Below are positions 49,445 through 60,497 of a stretch of 64,000 nt of DNA, in pieces. The notes under the pieces were generated by a model, which was not told where the DNA came from, ran no database searches, and saw nothing but the letters and a program-made list of their open reading frames with translations. Origin of the DNA: an uncultured Bacilli bacterium (GTDB lineage: Bacteria > Bacillota_I > Bacilli_A > RF39 > UBA660). The first letter of the stretch is position 1; each line of letters opens with the position of its first letter. The stretch spans positions 4,422-68,421 of the forward strand of contig CALVYK010000002.1 in the NCBI GenBank assembly GCA_944372195.1, written 5' to 3'. The position numbers and the translations under genes are program-made.

Positions 49445-50461
49445 TTGTGGGGGATGGTAAATACTATTTATGATGCATGTTATGATATTTTAGCATTAAC
49501 TGTCAATACTATTGAAAATATTTATGGCGAAGATATAAATAAAACTACTGAAGAATTACTACTTTTTTTGACGACTGACAAAAGTAGATATGATGAATTA
49601 TTTGGTGAAATAAAATATATAAACTTTAAAGAAAACAATTCATATTATAAAAAAATCATGATGCTTATTATAGTTAGTACATTTTATAAGGTAAATTTGT
49701 ATTACAATGAAAAAGGTATGGACCTTGACTATGAGGAACAAATTCTATTAGAAGAAAAAAATTATAAACAAATAATTGATAATTTTTATAATTTTTCAAT
49801 CAATCCGTATATATTTCAAGCAATTGCTTGTTTTTGCGAATTTTTAAATAGAAATTATATTTTAAAAAGTAATTGTATGGAAGAAATTGTTGCTCAAGAC
49901 AAATTAAATGTTGTTATGGACATTAATCCATTTGAAATATTAAATTTTATAAATTGCATTAACCCAGATACGCTTTTAGAAACTGAAAAAATGATTCAAG
50001 ATTTTATAGATTTGTATGATTGCTCACAAAATTATGATTCTGAAGATGAATATGAAATTATCGATATATTTAAAGAAAAAATTGATGAACATTTCAATGG
50101 TGACCAGGAAAAAATAGTAATATTTTATAAATATATTTTTTCTAATGTTTATGAAAGTATAATTACAAAATGTAAAAATAATAGACCTCTTAAAAATAGA
50201 TATAAATATTTAATTAGAGAATTTTTAAAAAATGATATAAGTTTTAATAAAATTTATGAGAAGTTTTTAAATGATTATCATTTTGCTGACGACTTAATTA
50301 ATTTCTTTTTAGGTGCCAACGATGATTTACTAGAAAATGATTTAATTGAAAGAAGAAGTTTTTTTAAAACAATTGGTAATGTTGATCTATTAAAAAAATT
50401 AAATCCATTTTATGAAGAAGAAGAAATAATTTTTGAAAAAAGAAAAAGGTTTCTTAATTGA
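49445..50461 (+). CDS. Hypothetical protein
   Basis: A long ORF on the leading strand. I recognise no motifs in it. Confidence 0.4.
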   Translation: MWGMVNTIYDACYDILALTVNTIENIYGEDINKTTEELLLFLTTDKSRYDELFGEIKYINFKENNSYYKKIMMLIIVSTFYKVNLYYNEKGMDLDYEEQILLEEKNYKQIIDNFYNFSINPYIFQAIACFCEFLNRNYILKSNCMEEIVAQDKLNVVMDINPFEILNFINCINPDTLLETEKMIQDFIDLYDCSQNYDSEDEYEIIDIFKEKIDEHFNGDQEKIVIFYKYIFSNVYESIITKCKNNRPLKNRYKYLIREFLKNDISFNKIYEKFLNDYHFADDLINFFLGANDDLLENDLIERRSFFKTIGNVDLLKKLNPFYEEEEIIFEKRKRFLN

Positions 50462-50467
50462 TACCTT

Positions 50468-51028
50468 TTAATTTTTAAATTTATTTAAATAATAATCTCT
50501 TAATTCCTTAAATCTATTATAATGAACAATTTCTCTTTGTCTTAAAAATGATAATGGGCCTAAAACATCTGGATCATTAGTTTGATTCATTAATTTTTCA
50601 TAAGTTACTCTTGCACGTTGTTCAGCAGCCATGTCACTTTCTAAATCTGCCCAATAGTCTCCTGTTGCTTCAATATATGCACTAGTAAAAGGGACACCAC
50701 TAGTATCTACTGGGAAATTGGCATTTTTATGTTGTGTATAATAACCTATTAATCCATATTCTTTTAATTCGTTTAATGTGGCTCCTTTCATTAATTGTTG
50801 AATCATAGTAGCTATCATTTCAAAATGAGCTAACTCTTCTGTTCCTATATCTGTTAATAGTGCATATCCTTTTTCATCCGGCATTGTGTATCTTTGGTTT
50901 AAATATCTTAAAGCTGCTCCTAATTCAGAGTCAGGTCCACCGTATTGAGCCATCATCGTTTTAGCTAAACTTAAATCTTTTTTGTTAATATTTATAGGAT
51001 ATTCTAATTTTTTTTCATATTTCCACAT
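50468..51028 (-). CDS. cotJC: Spore coat protein CotJC (manganese-catalase family)
   Basis: MWKYEKKLEYPI...GGPDSELGAALRYLNQRY...EELAHFEM. Confidence 0.9.
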   Translation of the reverse strand: MWKYEKKLEYPININKKDLSLAKTMMAQYGGPDSELGAALRYLNQRYTMPDEKGYALLTDIGTEELAHFEMIATMIQQLMKGATLNELKEYGLIGYYTQHKNANFPVDTSGVPFTSAYIEATGDYWADLESDMAAEQRARVTYEKLMNQTNDPDVLGPLSFLRQREIVHYNRFKELRDYYLNKFKN

Positions 51029-51037
51029 ATAAACCTC

Positions 51038-51466
51038 CTAATTTTCCCATGGCCATGGTCTATTGTCCCACATCCATGGCATATTATTTAATGAATCACT
51101 ATTTAACAAAATTGGACCATATTCATTTTGATATGTATATAGTAATTGATTATGCTCATTACGATATTTATTGAATAATTCAATAGCATTTTTATCATCT
51201 GGATAAACATCTAAATATAGATTTAAATCGATTAGAGCAAATTCTAAACTATCAATATCAGTTAACATTTTTGCTTGGTCATTCATAGGCTTTATTGTGT
51301 ATGGTTTTTCATTTTTATATGGATCATAAATATTTTTAAATAGATTTCCTCTTATTAAACCTTCGTAAGGATTAAATAAATTATCGTTTTGATAATTATT
51401 ATTTTGGTAATTTCTTAAATTATTTCCATCAAAGTAAAAATTTGGTGGATAGTTATAATTATACAT
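51038..51466 (-). CDS. cotJB: Spore coat protein CotJB-like
   Basis: The motif LEFALIDLNLYLDVYPDDKNAIELFNKY. It lies directly upstream of cotJC. I chose the ATG after the GGGAGGAAAAAC RBS. Confidence 0.8.
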   Translation of the reverse strand: MYNYNYPPNFYFDGNNLRNYQNNNYQNDNLFNPYEGLIRGNLFKNIYDPYKNEKPYTIKPMNDQAKMLTDIDSLEFALIDLNLYLDVYPDDKNAIELFNKYRNEHNQLLYTYQNEYGPILLNSDSLNNMPWMWDNRPWPWEN

Positions 51467-51612
51467 AGTTTTTCCTCCCAATTTATACTATGTATATATA
51501 GGCATTTAGTTTGGGTAAAATAACTATATTTAAACAAAATATATAAAAAGGTGTTGCAAAAATAAAAAAAATTTGTTAATATTATATGTATCAACTTTTT
51601 TTGTTGATTAAT

Positions 51613-51689
51613 GGCGCAATTGGTGAAGGGGTTAACACGGCGGATTGTGGTTCCGTTATGCAAGGGTTCGAATCCCTTATTGCGCCCCA
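51613..51689 (+). tRNA. tRNA-His (anticodon GTG) with encoded CCA and the His-specific G(-1)
   Basis: My hand-folded cloverleaf has acceptor GCGCAAT/ATTGCGC and anticodon stem GCGGA/TCCGT with loop TTGTGGT. The T arm is AAGGG-TTCGAAT-CCCTT. An extra 5' G is opposite the discriminator C73. Confidence 0.85.
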
Positions 51690-51701
51690 TTTTGTATTGC
51701 A

Positions 51702-51728
51702 AATTCATAAGAAATTATGAATTTTTTT
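51702..51728 (+). terminator. Intrinsic terminator after tRNA-His
   Basis: AATTCATAA-GAAA-TTATGAATT followed by T5. Confidence 0.6.
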
Positions 51729-51799
51729 GTTTTATTTGGTGTAACTAATAAATTTTCATTAACATATAATATAGAAGATATAATGGAGGTTTTTATTAT

Positions 51800-52696
51800 A
51801 TGTGTTGTGATAAAGCAAATGGAGATAAAATGATGTGTTGTGCACCACTTAAACGTTTATATCTAGTCCCAGGGCCAATGGGAGCAACCGGACCAACTGG
51901 TCCAACAGGCCCAACTGGAGCTACAGGTATAGCTGGTCCAACTGGACCAACAGGACCAATTGGTGCGACAGGTCCAACCGGAAGTGTTGAATCTAATCCT
52001 TATAATTTATATGTTCAATCTACAGCAGCTCCTGGTGGGGATGGAAGTCAAATTTCACCATTTCAAACAATTGAACAGGCATTAGCTGTAGCACAACCAA
52101 ATGGTGTTATAAATGTTTTAAGAGGTAATTATCCTATTACAAATCAAATTAATTTAAATATACCTGGATTAACAATAAAAGGAAGAGCAGGTGCAGAAAT
52201 TTTACTTCAGGCTCCAGTAGTACCATTTTTAATTAGTAGTGACAATACAACGATTGATGGATTAACTATGACTAGTGATCAACCATATCCAGTTGAGTTT
52301 ATTCAAATTGGTAGTAATGGAGATCAAATATTAAATTGCCAGATCTATGGACCACCTCAATCTGGTGATTCTTCAACGTGGGTAGTAAATAGAGGATTTG
52401 TAACGCAAGTAAATACTACAAATTTATTGGTACGCAATAATATTTTTCATACATTACGCCAACCTGCATATTTAAATCCTAATTCTACAGGTACTATTAT
52501 GGATAATGTTGTATACAATACTCGAGGATATGTTGTTGATCGAGCAATATTCATATTTTCTGGAAATTCTTGGGGAATTCCTGAAAATGCAGTAGATATT
52601 GCATTACTTGCAGGAACTATATCGGGTGCACCTTATGATCCACTTCAAGCATTACAATCTAGTAATAGTGATGCCACTATTAGTGATCAGCGATAA
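51800..52696 (+). CDS. Collagen-like (GPT/GxT triplet) spore-surface protein, BclA-like, with a beta-helix-like C-terminal domain
   Basis: About 13 uninterrupted Gly-X-Thr triplets ([34 protein letters not shown]) follow a Cys-rich N-terminus [14 protein letters not shown]. It lies next to the cotJ genes. Confidence 0.7.
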   Translation: MCCDKANGDKMMCCAPLKRLYLVPGPMGATGPTGPTGPTGATGIAGPTGPTGPIGATGPTGSVESNPYNLYVQSTAAPGGDGSQISPFQTIEQALAVAQPNGVINVLRGNYPITNQINLNIPGLTIKGRAGAEILLQAPVVPFLISSDNTTIDGLTMTSDQPYPVEFIQIGSNGDQILNCQIYGPPQSGDSSTWVVNRGFVTQVNTTNLLVRNNIFHTLRQPAYLNPNSTGTIMDNVVYNTRGYVVDRAIFIFSGNSWGIPENAVDIALLAGTISGAPYDPLQALQSSNSDATISDQR

Positions 52697-52808
52697 AATG
52701 ACAATTAACTTTGTCATTTTTTATAATAAATTGCAAAAGTAATAGTACTAGAAAACACTTGCATTTTATTATATAAAATTATATTATAAAAATGTTAAGG
52801 AGAATTAT

Positions 52809-53489
52809 ATGGAATATAAAGAATTTGCTAAATATTATGACAAATTTTATAGTAAAAAAAATTATAAAAAAGAAGTTTTATTTTTAAAAAATTTTATTAA
52901 TGAAAATGATAAAATAATCGATATTGGGTGTGGAACCGGAATTCATGCTTCTTTATTAAGTGATTATGACATAGATGGTTTAGATTTGAACGATGAGATG
53001 TTGGAAATAGCTAAAACAAGAATTAAAGGAAATTTATATCATCAAAATATATTACATATCAATATAAGTAAAAAATATAATGTAATAATTTCTATGTTTG
53101 CTGTTATTAATCATTTAAAGGACATCAAAGAACTAGAAATATGTTTATTAAATTTAAAAAATATTTTGTTGCCTGGAGGAAGAATAATATTGGATTTGCA
53201 TAATCCCCAGTCATCAGGTGAAAAAATTGATTGTTATGACAATATGAAAAGAACGATGATTTGGAATTATAATAAAGACTTAAAAATAGAAAAAAGTAAA
53301 ATTATTTTTGAAATTAATAATAAAATATACAACGATGAACACACCTTTAGAATATTTAGTATTAAAGAAGTAGAAAATGTATGTAATAAATTAGGATTAA
53401 AAGTTGTTAATATTTATGAAAATTATGATGTTTTAAAAAAGGGTAATGATAATTCTAAGAATTTACAATTTTTAATAAAATATGCTTAA
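52809..53489 (+). CDS. Class I SAM-dependent methyltransferase
   Basis: IIDIGCGTGIH motif I. Confidence 0.8.
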   Translation: MEYKEFAKYYDKFYSKKNYKKEVLFLKNFINENDKIIDIGCGTGIHASLLSDYDIDGLDLNDEMLEIAKTRIKGNLYHQNILHINISKKYNVIISMFAVINHLKDIKELEICLLNLKNILLPGGRIILDLHNPQSSGEKIDCYDNMKRTMIWNYNKDLKIEKSKIIFEINNKIYNDEHTFRIFSIKEVENVCNKLGLKVVNIYENYDVLKKGNDNSKNLQFLIKYA

Positions 53490-53559
53490 TTTGACTGATT
53501 CGTAAAAATATGATACAATCGAAATGTTTTCCCAAATTTTTATGAAGAGGTGAAAAAAT

Positions 53560-54120
53560 TTGAAAACAAAGCTGTGCGTTTTTCTTGGTTTGTTTGTAGC
53601 AAGTAATTTTATGAATGTAACTGTAGAAAAGCCAACTATAATAGAGCCTAAACAAAATTTATTAGCAGAATCTTATATTCAAGTTGAAGAAGAAGTAGAA
53701 GAAATTGTTTATGATGGATTAACAGAGAAACAATTGATAGATAAAATTAATAGATTCCTAAATTCCGATTTAGCAAATAAAGGGGAATTATATGTTACAT
53801 ATTCTTTAGAAAAAGGAGTTGACCCTTATTTAGCTGTTGCCATTTCAATGCACGAAACTGGTTGTAAATGGAATTGTAGTACTTTAGTTAAAAAATGTAA
53901 CAATGTTGGTGGTCAAGTTGGTGGCCCATCATGTAATGGTGGAGCATATATGAAATATGACACTTTAGATGAAGGAATTAAAGGATTTATTGATAATATC
54001 GCTAAAAATTATGTAGAAAGAGGATTAACAACTGCTGAAGAAATGAATTCTAAATATGCTGCTGATAAAAGTTGGGCTAGTAAAGTTAATAAATATATTG
54101 ACGAAATAAAAGAATCCTAG
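53560..54120 (+). CDS. Secreted glucosaminidase/muramidase-domain protein
   Basis: A signal peptide and an AISMHETG..CNNVGG segment typical of mannosyl-glycoprotein endo-beta-N-acetylglucosaminidase-like domains. Confidence 0.55.
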   Translation: MKTKLCVFLGLFVASNFMNVTVEKPTIIEPKQNLLAESYIQVEEEVEEIVYDGLTEKQLIDKINRFLNSDLANKGELYVTYSLEKGVDPYLAVAISMHETGCKWNCSTLVKKCNNVGGQVGGPSCNGGAYMKYDTLDEGIKGFIDNIAKNYVERGLTTAEEMNSKYAADKSWASKVNKYIDEIKES

Positions 54121-54171
54121 ATATCTAGGATTTTTATTTAGAATAATGTATAATATAAAAGAGGTGAGCAA

Positions 54172-54894
54172 ATGACTATAATAATAACTGGTGGAACAAA
54201 AGGTATAGGAAAAGCAATTGCTTTAATTTTGGCTAAAAATCATTATAATTTAGTTCTAACTTATGCAAACGATAATAAAAATGCTTTACAATTTAAAGAA
54301 GAAATAGAAAAATACACAAATGTTTTAATTTTAAAAAGTGATGTGTCAAAAGAAGAAGAGGTAATAAAATTGCTAGATACAACAATTTCTAAATTTGGTT
54401 CTATTGAAGTTTTAATTAACAATGCTGGAATATCTATTGATACCATTTTAGAAGATAAAACTGTGGATAATTTTAGAAGAATATTAGATGTGAATTTAAT
54501 TGGTCCTTTTTTAACTAGTAAATATATTGGCGGATTTATGTTTAAAAATAAAAATGGAAAAATAATTAATATTTCTTCGACTAATGGTGTTGATACTTAT
54601 TATAAAGAAAGTTTAGATTATGATGCTTCTAAAGCTGGGTTAAATTCTTTAACTCATAATTTTGCTAACATGTATGCACCATATGTAATAGTTAATGCAA
54701 TAGCATGTGGTTGGGTTAATACTGATATGAATAAAGATATGGATGTTGAATTTAAAAATAAGCAATTAAATAAAATATTATTAAATAGATTTGCTGAACC
54801 TGTTGAAATAGCTAATGTAGTAAATTATTTAATAAATGATACTTATATTAATAACACAATAATAAGAGTTGATGGTGGTGTTAAAAATGATTAA
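54172..54894 (+). CDS. SDR-family oxidoreductase (FabG-like)
   Basis: TGGTKGIG, NNAG and YDASK motifs. Confidence 0.85.
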   Translation: MTIIITGGTKGIGKAIALILAKNHYNLVLTYANDNKNALQFKEEIEKYTNVLILKSDVSKEEEVIKLLDTTISKFGSIEVLINNAGISIDTILEDKTVDNFRRILDVNLIGPFLTSKYIGGFMFKNKNGKIINISSTNGVDTYYKESLDYDASKAGLNSLTHNFANMYAPYVIVNAIACGWVNTDMNKDMDVEFKNKQLNKILLNRFAEPVEIANVVNYLINDTYINNTIIRVDGGVKND

Positions 54895-56095
54895 CGAATT
54901 GGAAAAAGAATGCTTAGAACAATTTAAATTAGTTGACAATATTTGTTTTTATAATAGCGAAAAAGTTTTAAAAGCTTTTCAAGAAAATAGCGTATCAGAA
55001 ACACATTTTAATTCAACCACTGGATATGGTTATAATGATAGTGGTAGAGATGCAATTGAAAGAGTTTATGCTTCTATATTTAAAGCCGAAGATGCTATTG
55101 TCAGAAATCAATTTATATCAGGGAGTCATGCGTTAACCGTTACTTTATTTGCGCTTCTTAGACCTAATGATGTTTTACTTAGTATTACTGGTAAACCATA
55201 TGATACACTGGATGAAGTAATAGGTATTGTAGATAATCCCAGTTCTTTAAAATCATTTCATGTTAAATATGAACAAATTGATTTAATTAATAATGATTTT
55301 GATTATAAAAAAATAGAAGAAACTTTAAAAACAAAAAAAATAAAAGTGATTGAGATTCAAAGGTCAAAAGGTTATTCTACAAGAAAAAGTATTACAATAG
55401 ATAAGTTAGAAAAAGTTATAAAATTTATTAAAAATATTGACTCAAAATTAATAATTATGATAGATAATTGTTATTGTGAATTTGTGTCAACTAAAGAGCC
55501 AATAGAAGTAGGAGCAGATATTGTAGTAGGATCATTAATTAAAAATTTAGGTGGAGGAATTGCCCCTAATGGTGCTTATGTAGTTGGTAGAAAAGATTTA
55601 ATTAAATTAGTTGGTGAACGTTTAACTTTGCCAGGAGAAGGTAAAGAAGTAGGACCTAGTTTAGGAGTTAATAAATATATATTACAAGGGCTTTATTTTG
55701 CACCAAGTGTTGTTGCCAGTAGTTTAAAAACTGTTATTTTAGCTAGCAAAGTTTTTGAAAGTTTAGGTTATGAAGTTGAACCAAAATATAATGAAGAAAG
55801 AGCAGACATTGTTCAAAACATTATTTTTCATGATAAAAATAAATTGATTAAATTTTGCCAAGCTATTCAAGCGGCATCACCAATTGATTCATACGTTGAA
55901 CCAATACCATGGGATATGCCTGGTTATCAAGATAAAGTTATTATGGCTGCAGGAACATTTACGCAAGGATCTTCAATTGAATTATCATGTGATGGACCAA
56001 TAAGAGAACCATATATAGCATATTTACAAGGGTCTTTAATGTATCCATATGGTAAGTTAGCCATTATGAAAGCATTAGAATATATAAAAAAATAG
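54869..56095 (+). CDS. Methionine gamma-lyase family / aluminium-resistance protein (YnbB-like), PLP-dependent
   Basis: HFNSTTGYGYNDSGRD near the N-terminus. The true start may be a few codons downstream. Confidence 0.75.
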   Translation: MMVVLKMINELEKECLEQFKLVDNICFYNSEKVLKAFQENSVSETHFNSTTGYGYNDSGRDAIERVYASIFKAEDAIVRNQFISGSHALTVTLFALLRPNDVLLSITGKPYDTLDEVIGIVDNPSSLKSFHVKYEQIDLINNDFDYKKIEETLKTKKIKVIEIQRSKGYSTRKSITIDKLEKVIKFIKNIDSKLIIMIDNCYCEFVSTKEPIEVGADIVVGSLIKNLGGGIAPNGAYVVGRKDLIKLVGERLTLPGEGKEVGPSLGVNKYILQGLYFAPSVVASSLKTVILASKVFESLGYEVEPKYNEERADIVQNIIFHDKNKLIKFCQAIQAASPIDSYVEPIPWDMPGYQDKVIMAAGTFTQGSSIELSCDGPIREPYIAYLQGSLMYPYGKLAIMKALEYIKK

Positions 56096-56112
56096 ACATT
56101 AGTCTATTTTTT
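56086..56112. terminator. Bidirectional terminator shared by the convergent ynbB-like and clpB genes
   Basis: AAAAATAGAC-ATTA-GTCTATTTTT overlaps both stop codons. Confidence 0.55.
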
Positions 56113-58207
56113 GTATGTATAAATCTTTATCAACATCGATTGTAATCGTAGAATTAAATTTAACATCATTGTTGATAATTTCATTAGCAATTAAATTTTC
56201 TACAGTTTTAGTAACAAAACGTTTAATTGGTCGAGCTCCATATCTAGAATCATAAGAGTTTTCCACAATATATTTTTTAGCTTTATCAGTTAAAACTATT
56301 TTTAATTGTTTGTCACTTAATCTTTTTTCGATATCTTTAATTATTTTATCTAATATTTGATAAATTACATTCTTATCTAGTGATTTAAATATTATTATTT
56401 CATCAATACGGTTAATAAATTCTGGTTTAAATGTTTGTCTTAATTCATTCATAACTAATTCATTAGCATTTTCTACATTATCTAGTATATATTCACTACC
56501 TAAATTAGATGTCATAATAATAATTGTATTTTTAAAATCAACTGTTCTACCTTGTGAATCAGTGATTCGGCCATCATCTAATATTTGTAATAAAATATTA
56601 AACACATCTTTATGAGCTTTTTCAATTTCATCAAATAGAACAATACTATATGGATTTCTTCTAACGGCTTCAGTTAATTGTCCACCATCATCATATCCAA
56701 CATATCCTGGAGGAGATCCAATTAATCTAGCAACAGAATGACTTTCCATATATTCACTCATATCAATTCTGATCATGTGTCTTTCATCATCAAATAATTC
56801 ATAAGCTAAAGTTCTAGCAACTTCTGTTTTACCAACCCCGGTAGGACCTAAGAAGATAAATGAACCAATTGGTTTATTAGGATCTTTAATACCAGCTCTA
56901 GCTCTTATAATAGCGTCACTAACCAACTTAATAGCTTCATCCTGACCTTTTACTCTCTTTTTCATATTTTCATTTAATTTAAGTAATTTATCTTTTTCGC
57001 TATCAACTAATTTGTTAATAGGAATATTAGTCCATTTAGATATTATCTTAGCAATATCATTATCATCGACTGTATCACTTAAAATATCTGATTTATTTTT
57101 ACTATTTAATTCAGCTAATTCTTTTTCTAGTTGTGGTAAAACACCATGTCTTAATTTGGCAGCCGTTTCTAAATCGTATTCATTTTCTGCTTTTTCTAAT
57201 TTGTGTTTACAATTATCAATTTCTTCCTTTTTCTTGTTGATTAAGTTATTGATTTCTTTTTCTTCTTCCCAACTTTTTCTTAATTTAGATTCTTTTTCTT
57301 TTAAAGATTCAATTTCTTTATCAATTTCTTCTTTACGATGTTTTGATAAATCATCTTTTTCTTTTTTTAATGCTTCTTTTTCAATTTGAAGTTGCATTAT
57401 ATGTCTCGTTAAAGTATCTAATTCAGTTGGTACTGATTCCATCTGTACTTTAATAGTAGCACAAGCTTCATCAATTAAATCAATTGCCTTATCAGGTAAG
57501 AATCTATCGGTTATATATCTATCTGATAATGTGGCGGCTGTAATTAAAGCTTTATCTTTAATATTAACGCCATGGTATACTTCTAATTTTGGTTTTAAAC
57601 CTCTTAAAATGGTAATAGTGTCTAATACAGTAGGTGGCGCTACTAAGATTTTTTGGAAACGTCTTTCTAAGGCACCATCTTTTTCAATATATTTACGATA
57701 TTCATTTAAAGTTGTAGCACCAATACAATGAATTTCACCACGAGCCAACATTGGTTTTAACATATTACCAGCATCCATTGCGCCTTCCATTGCACCTGCT
57801 CCAACTATCATATGAATTTCATCAATAAACATAATGATATCACCATTAGAGTCTTTTACTTCTTTTAATACCGCTTTTAATCTTTCTTCAAATTCACCAC
57901 GATATTTAGCGCCTGCTATTAAAGCACCCATATCTAGTTCCCAAATTGTTTTATTTTTTAAACTATTAGGAACATCACCTTTAACAATACGAGTCGCTAA
58001 TCCTTCGACAATAGCAGTTTTACCAACACCAGGTTCACCTATTAAAACAGGATTATTTTTAGTCTTTCTAGATAAAATCCTAGTTATACTTCTTATTTCA
58101 TCATCACGACCAATGACAGGATCAATTTTATTATCTTTCACTGCTTGGGTGATATCTCGTCCATATTTTTCTAAAACATTTTCAAGATTTTCTTGGTATG
58201 GATTCAT
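56099..58207 (-). CDS. clpB: ATP-dependent chaperone ClpB, a short form lacking the N-terminal Clp_N domain
   Basis: Two AAA+ modules (GEPGVGKTA and GPTGVGKTE) and a long coiled-coil middle domain. At 702 aa it starts just before NBD1. Confidence 0.9.
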   Translation of the reverse strand: MNPYQENLENVLEKYGRDITQAVKDNKIDPVIGRDDEIRSITRILSRKTKNNPVLIGEPGVGKTAIVEGLATRIVKGDVPNSLKNKTIWELDMGALIAGAKYRGEFEERLKAVLKEVKDSNGDIIMFIDEIHMIVGAGAMEGAMDAGNMLKPMLARGEIHCIGATTLNEYRKYIEKDGALERRFQKILVAPPTVLDTITILRGLKPKLEVYHGVNIKDKALITAATLSDRYITDRFLPDKAIDLIDEACATIKVQMESVPTELDTLTRHIMQLQIEKEALKKEKDDLSKHRKEEIDKEIESLKEKESKLRKSWEEEKEINNLINKKKEEIDNCKHKLEKAENEYDLETAAKLRHGVLPQLEKELAELNSKNKSDILSDTVDDNDIAKIISKWTNIPINKLVDSEKDKLLKLNENMKKRVKGQDEAIKLVSDAIIRARAGIKDPNKPIGSFIFLGPTGVGKTEVARTLAYELFDDERHMIRIDMSEYMESHSVARLIGSPPGYVGYDDGGQLTEAVRRNPYSIVLFDEIEKAHKDVFNILLQILDDGRITDSQGRTVDFKNTIIIMTSNLGSEYILDNVENANELVMNELRQTFKPEFINRIDEIIIFKSLDKNVIYQILDKIIKDIEKRLSDKQLKIVLTDKAKKYIVENSYDSRYGARPIKRFVTKTVENLIANEIINNDVKFNSTITIDVDKDLYIQKID

Positions 58208-58344
58208 ATTTTATCCCTCCTTTTGATGTTGATTATTTTAATCAACGATATAAGTATATCATTTATTTTAGCACTTGTCAATAGCGAGTGCTAAATTTGT
58301 TAAAAATAATTTTTTGTGATATAATTATCAAACGAGGTATTTTT

Positions 58345-59103
58345 ATGAACTTAACTGAAATGTTTTTGCTATTTATAATATATTCATTGTTAGGATGGAT
58401 AGTAGAAGTAATTAATAATCTGATTATTAGTAGGAAATTTGTCAATAGAGGATTTTTGATTGGTCCATATTGTCCTATTTATGGTGTTGGTGGATTAATA
58501 GCGACTATCCTTTTAACAAAATATAAAGAAAGTATAATTGTTTTATTTGTTATGTCGATGTTTCTATTTGCATTATTAGAATATTTTACTAGTTATTTGA
58601 TGGAAAAAATATTTAAAGCAAGATGGTGGGACTATACTGATTATAGATTTAATATTAATGGTCGAGTTTGTTTGGAAACACTTGTTCCATTTGGATTATT
58701 AGGTTGTTTTGCTATCTATGTAATAAATCCAATAATATTTTCGATGTTTGCTATTACCAGTGTAACAGTTTTGAGAATTATAGCCTTAATCTTATTTATT
58801 GTATTTATTATTGATTTTATAATCTCATTAAAAATTATTAATAGTTTCAAAAATACTGCAGTTAAATTTTTAAAAAAGGATAATACTGAGGAAATAACTA
58901 AAAAAGTTAAAGAAATATTATTATCTAAATCTGTTTGGACTAAACGTTTGATTGAATCGTTCCCAAAAGTTAAAGCAGTTATCACTAATAATATTGATTT
59001 AATTAAAATGAAGTTCGAGTTGAAACAAACTAAAAAAGAATTAAAGCAAACTAAAAAAGAACTTCACAAAGAAATAAAAGCTAATAAAAAATTGAGGAGG
59101 TAA
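58345..59103 (+). CDS. Multi-pass membrane protein (DUF1113 / putative ABC-transporter type IV family)
   Basis: YSLLGWIVEV...GPYCPIYGVGG. The C-terminal tail has a duplicated ELKQTKKEL. Confidence 0.6.
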   Translation: MNLTEMFLLFIIYSLLGWIVEVINNLIISRKFVNRGFLIGPYCPIYGVGGLIATILLTKYKESIIVLFVMSMFLFALLEYFTSYLMEKIFKARWWDYTDYRFNINGRVCLETLVPFGLLGCFAIYVINPIIFSMFAITSVTVLRIIALILFIVFIIDFIISLKIINSFKNTAVKFLKKDNTEEITKKVKEILLSKSVWTKRLIESFPKVKAVITNNIDLIKMKFELKQTKKELKQTKKELHKEIKANKKLRR

Positions 59104-59105
59104 TT

Positions 59106-59432
59106 ATGAAATTTTATAAAGGCTTAGGTATTTTAGAATCTTTAACTGAAAAAGGTGATTTAGTAAAAGAAAATAGCGTAGATGCGAGCGTAGAAAAGCA
59201 TGTGCCATTTTGTGAAATTAAAGGCGATAAGGTATATGTTACAATTGGTGAGATTGTTCATCCTATGGAAGAAGATCATTACATAGAATGGATTGCTATG
59301 GTTAAAGGTAATAAAATTGTTAAATATTTATTAAAACCAAATGATGAGCCAAAAGCTATATTTGATTATGAAAAAGATAGTACAATTTATGCTTATTGTA
59401 ACAAACACGGATTATGGAAAAAAGAAATATAA
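59106..59432 (+). CDS. Superoxide reductase (neelaredoxin / class II desulfoferrodoxin)
   Basis: EKHVP, HPMEEDHYIEWI and YCNKHGLW iron-ligand motifs. Confidence 0.85.
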   Translation: MKFYKGLGILESLTEKGDLVKENSVDASVEKHVPFCEIKGDKVYVTIGEIVHPMEEDHYIEWIAMVKGNKIVKYLLKPNDEPKAIFDYEKDSTIYAYCNKHGLWKKEI

Positions 59433-59461
59433 TATTAAATAAAAAAGATAATTGTTTAGCA

Positions 59462-60385
59462 TCAATTATCTTTTTTTAATACTTTTATTAGTGGTTGATT
59501 ATCTAATTTAGTTTTAATTTTACTAACTCTTGCATTGTTTACTTTTTCGCATCTCTCTTTTAATTTTTTTAATATTTCTAAAAATTCCAATCTTTTTAAT
59601 TTTAATAATAATTTTTCTTGAGATAAAGCTTGATTTTGTTTGTTAATAATTGATTGGCCATTGTAAATAATTAATGGTGTATCAATGTTTAAATCATTAA
59701 ATTCTTCAACATTTAAATTTAATTTATCAGTAATTAAATGACTTTTTTCATTAGATGAAATATTTTTAGATTTTAATGTTATTGCATCACTTTCAATTTT
59801 AGAATTAATTAAATTAATACCATCTCCTGACTCTAAAGTTACATTTGTTTTTTCTTTTTTTCTTCCTATGTTAGAGTCTATAATGTCTAATTTATTATCA
59901 GCATAAAAATTTAAATGACATTTAGAATAGACTAATTCGTTTTTAATGTTCATATTTTGAATTGTTAAATTTTTCGCACTAATTGACGTGTTATCTAAAA
60001 AAGTTTTGATGTAAGAATTATCTATTGTACATTTGCTATTAATATGACCATAAAGTCCATATTCAAAATTACAATTTCTAATAATAACTTCACAATCATT
60101 ATACCCAAATATAGAAACTCTTTTGTCAAAATCTATATTTTCAATTATATAACATATTGGTTTATCTAGATTTAATTTTCTAGCTAATTCTTTATAGTTA
60201 TATTGATAAGCATTTCCAAAACATGGAATGGTATAGTGGTATTTATCTTCTTTACATTTCTTTTTTTCTACATAGCAAATAATTTTATCTTCTTCTTCAA
60301 CAACTTTTCCTAAATTATTAGTCATTATTTTCATGACATCTTTTTTTAAAATATTTAATCCAAATTTTTTAATTACATTAAACAT
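59462..60385 (-). CDS. Hypothetical protein
   Basis: A 307-aa ORF with no recognised motif. Confidence 0.4.
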   Translation of the reverse strand: MFNVIKKFGLNILKKDVMKIMTNNLGKVVEEEDKIICYVEKKKCKEDKYHYTIPCFGNAYQYNYKELARKLNLDKPICYIIENIDFDKRVSIFGYNDCEVIIRNCNFEYGLYGHINSKCTIDNSYIKTFLDNTSISAKNLTIQNMNIKNELVYSKCHLNFYADNKLDIIDSNIGRKKEKTNVTLESGDGINLINSKIESDAITLKSKNISSNEKSHLITDKLNLNVEEFNDLNIDTPLIIYNGQSIINKQNQALSQEKLLLKLKRLEFLEILKKLKERCEKVNNARVSKIKTKLDNQPLIKVLKKDN

Positions 60386-60497
60386 AAAACTCCTCCATAA
60401 ATTGGTTAATACTATATCATAAATAAGAAAAAATTACAATATTAGTAATTTGGACTACTTTTATATTTAATTTCATACTATTTTATAGGTGAATTGT

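Noticed and set aside
51415-51708. The 97-aa minus-strand ORF in the track.
   Set aside because: It is antisense across tRNA-His (51613-51689) and the cotJB promoter region. It is an artefact.
57012-58226. Plus-strand ORFs 57012-57389, 57531-57731 and 57834-58226.
   Set aside because: They are antisense to the strongly supported clpB CDS and have the low-complexity S/L/F-rich composition typical of antisense frames in AT-rich genes.
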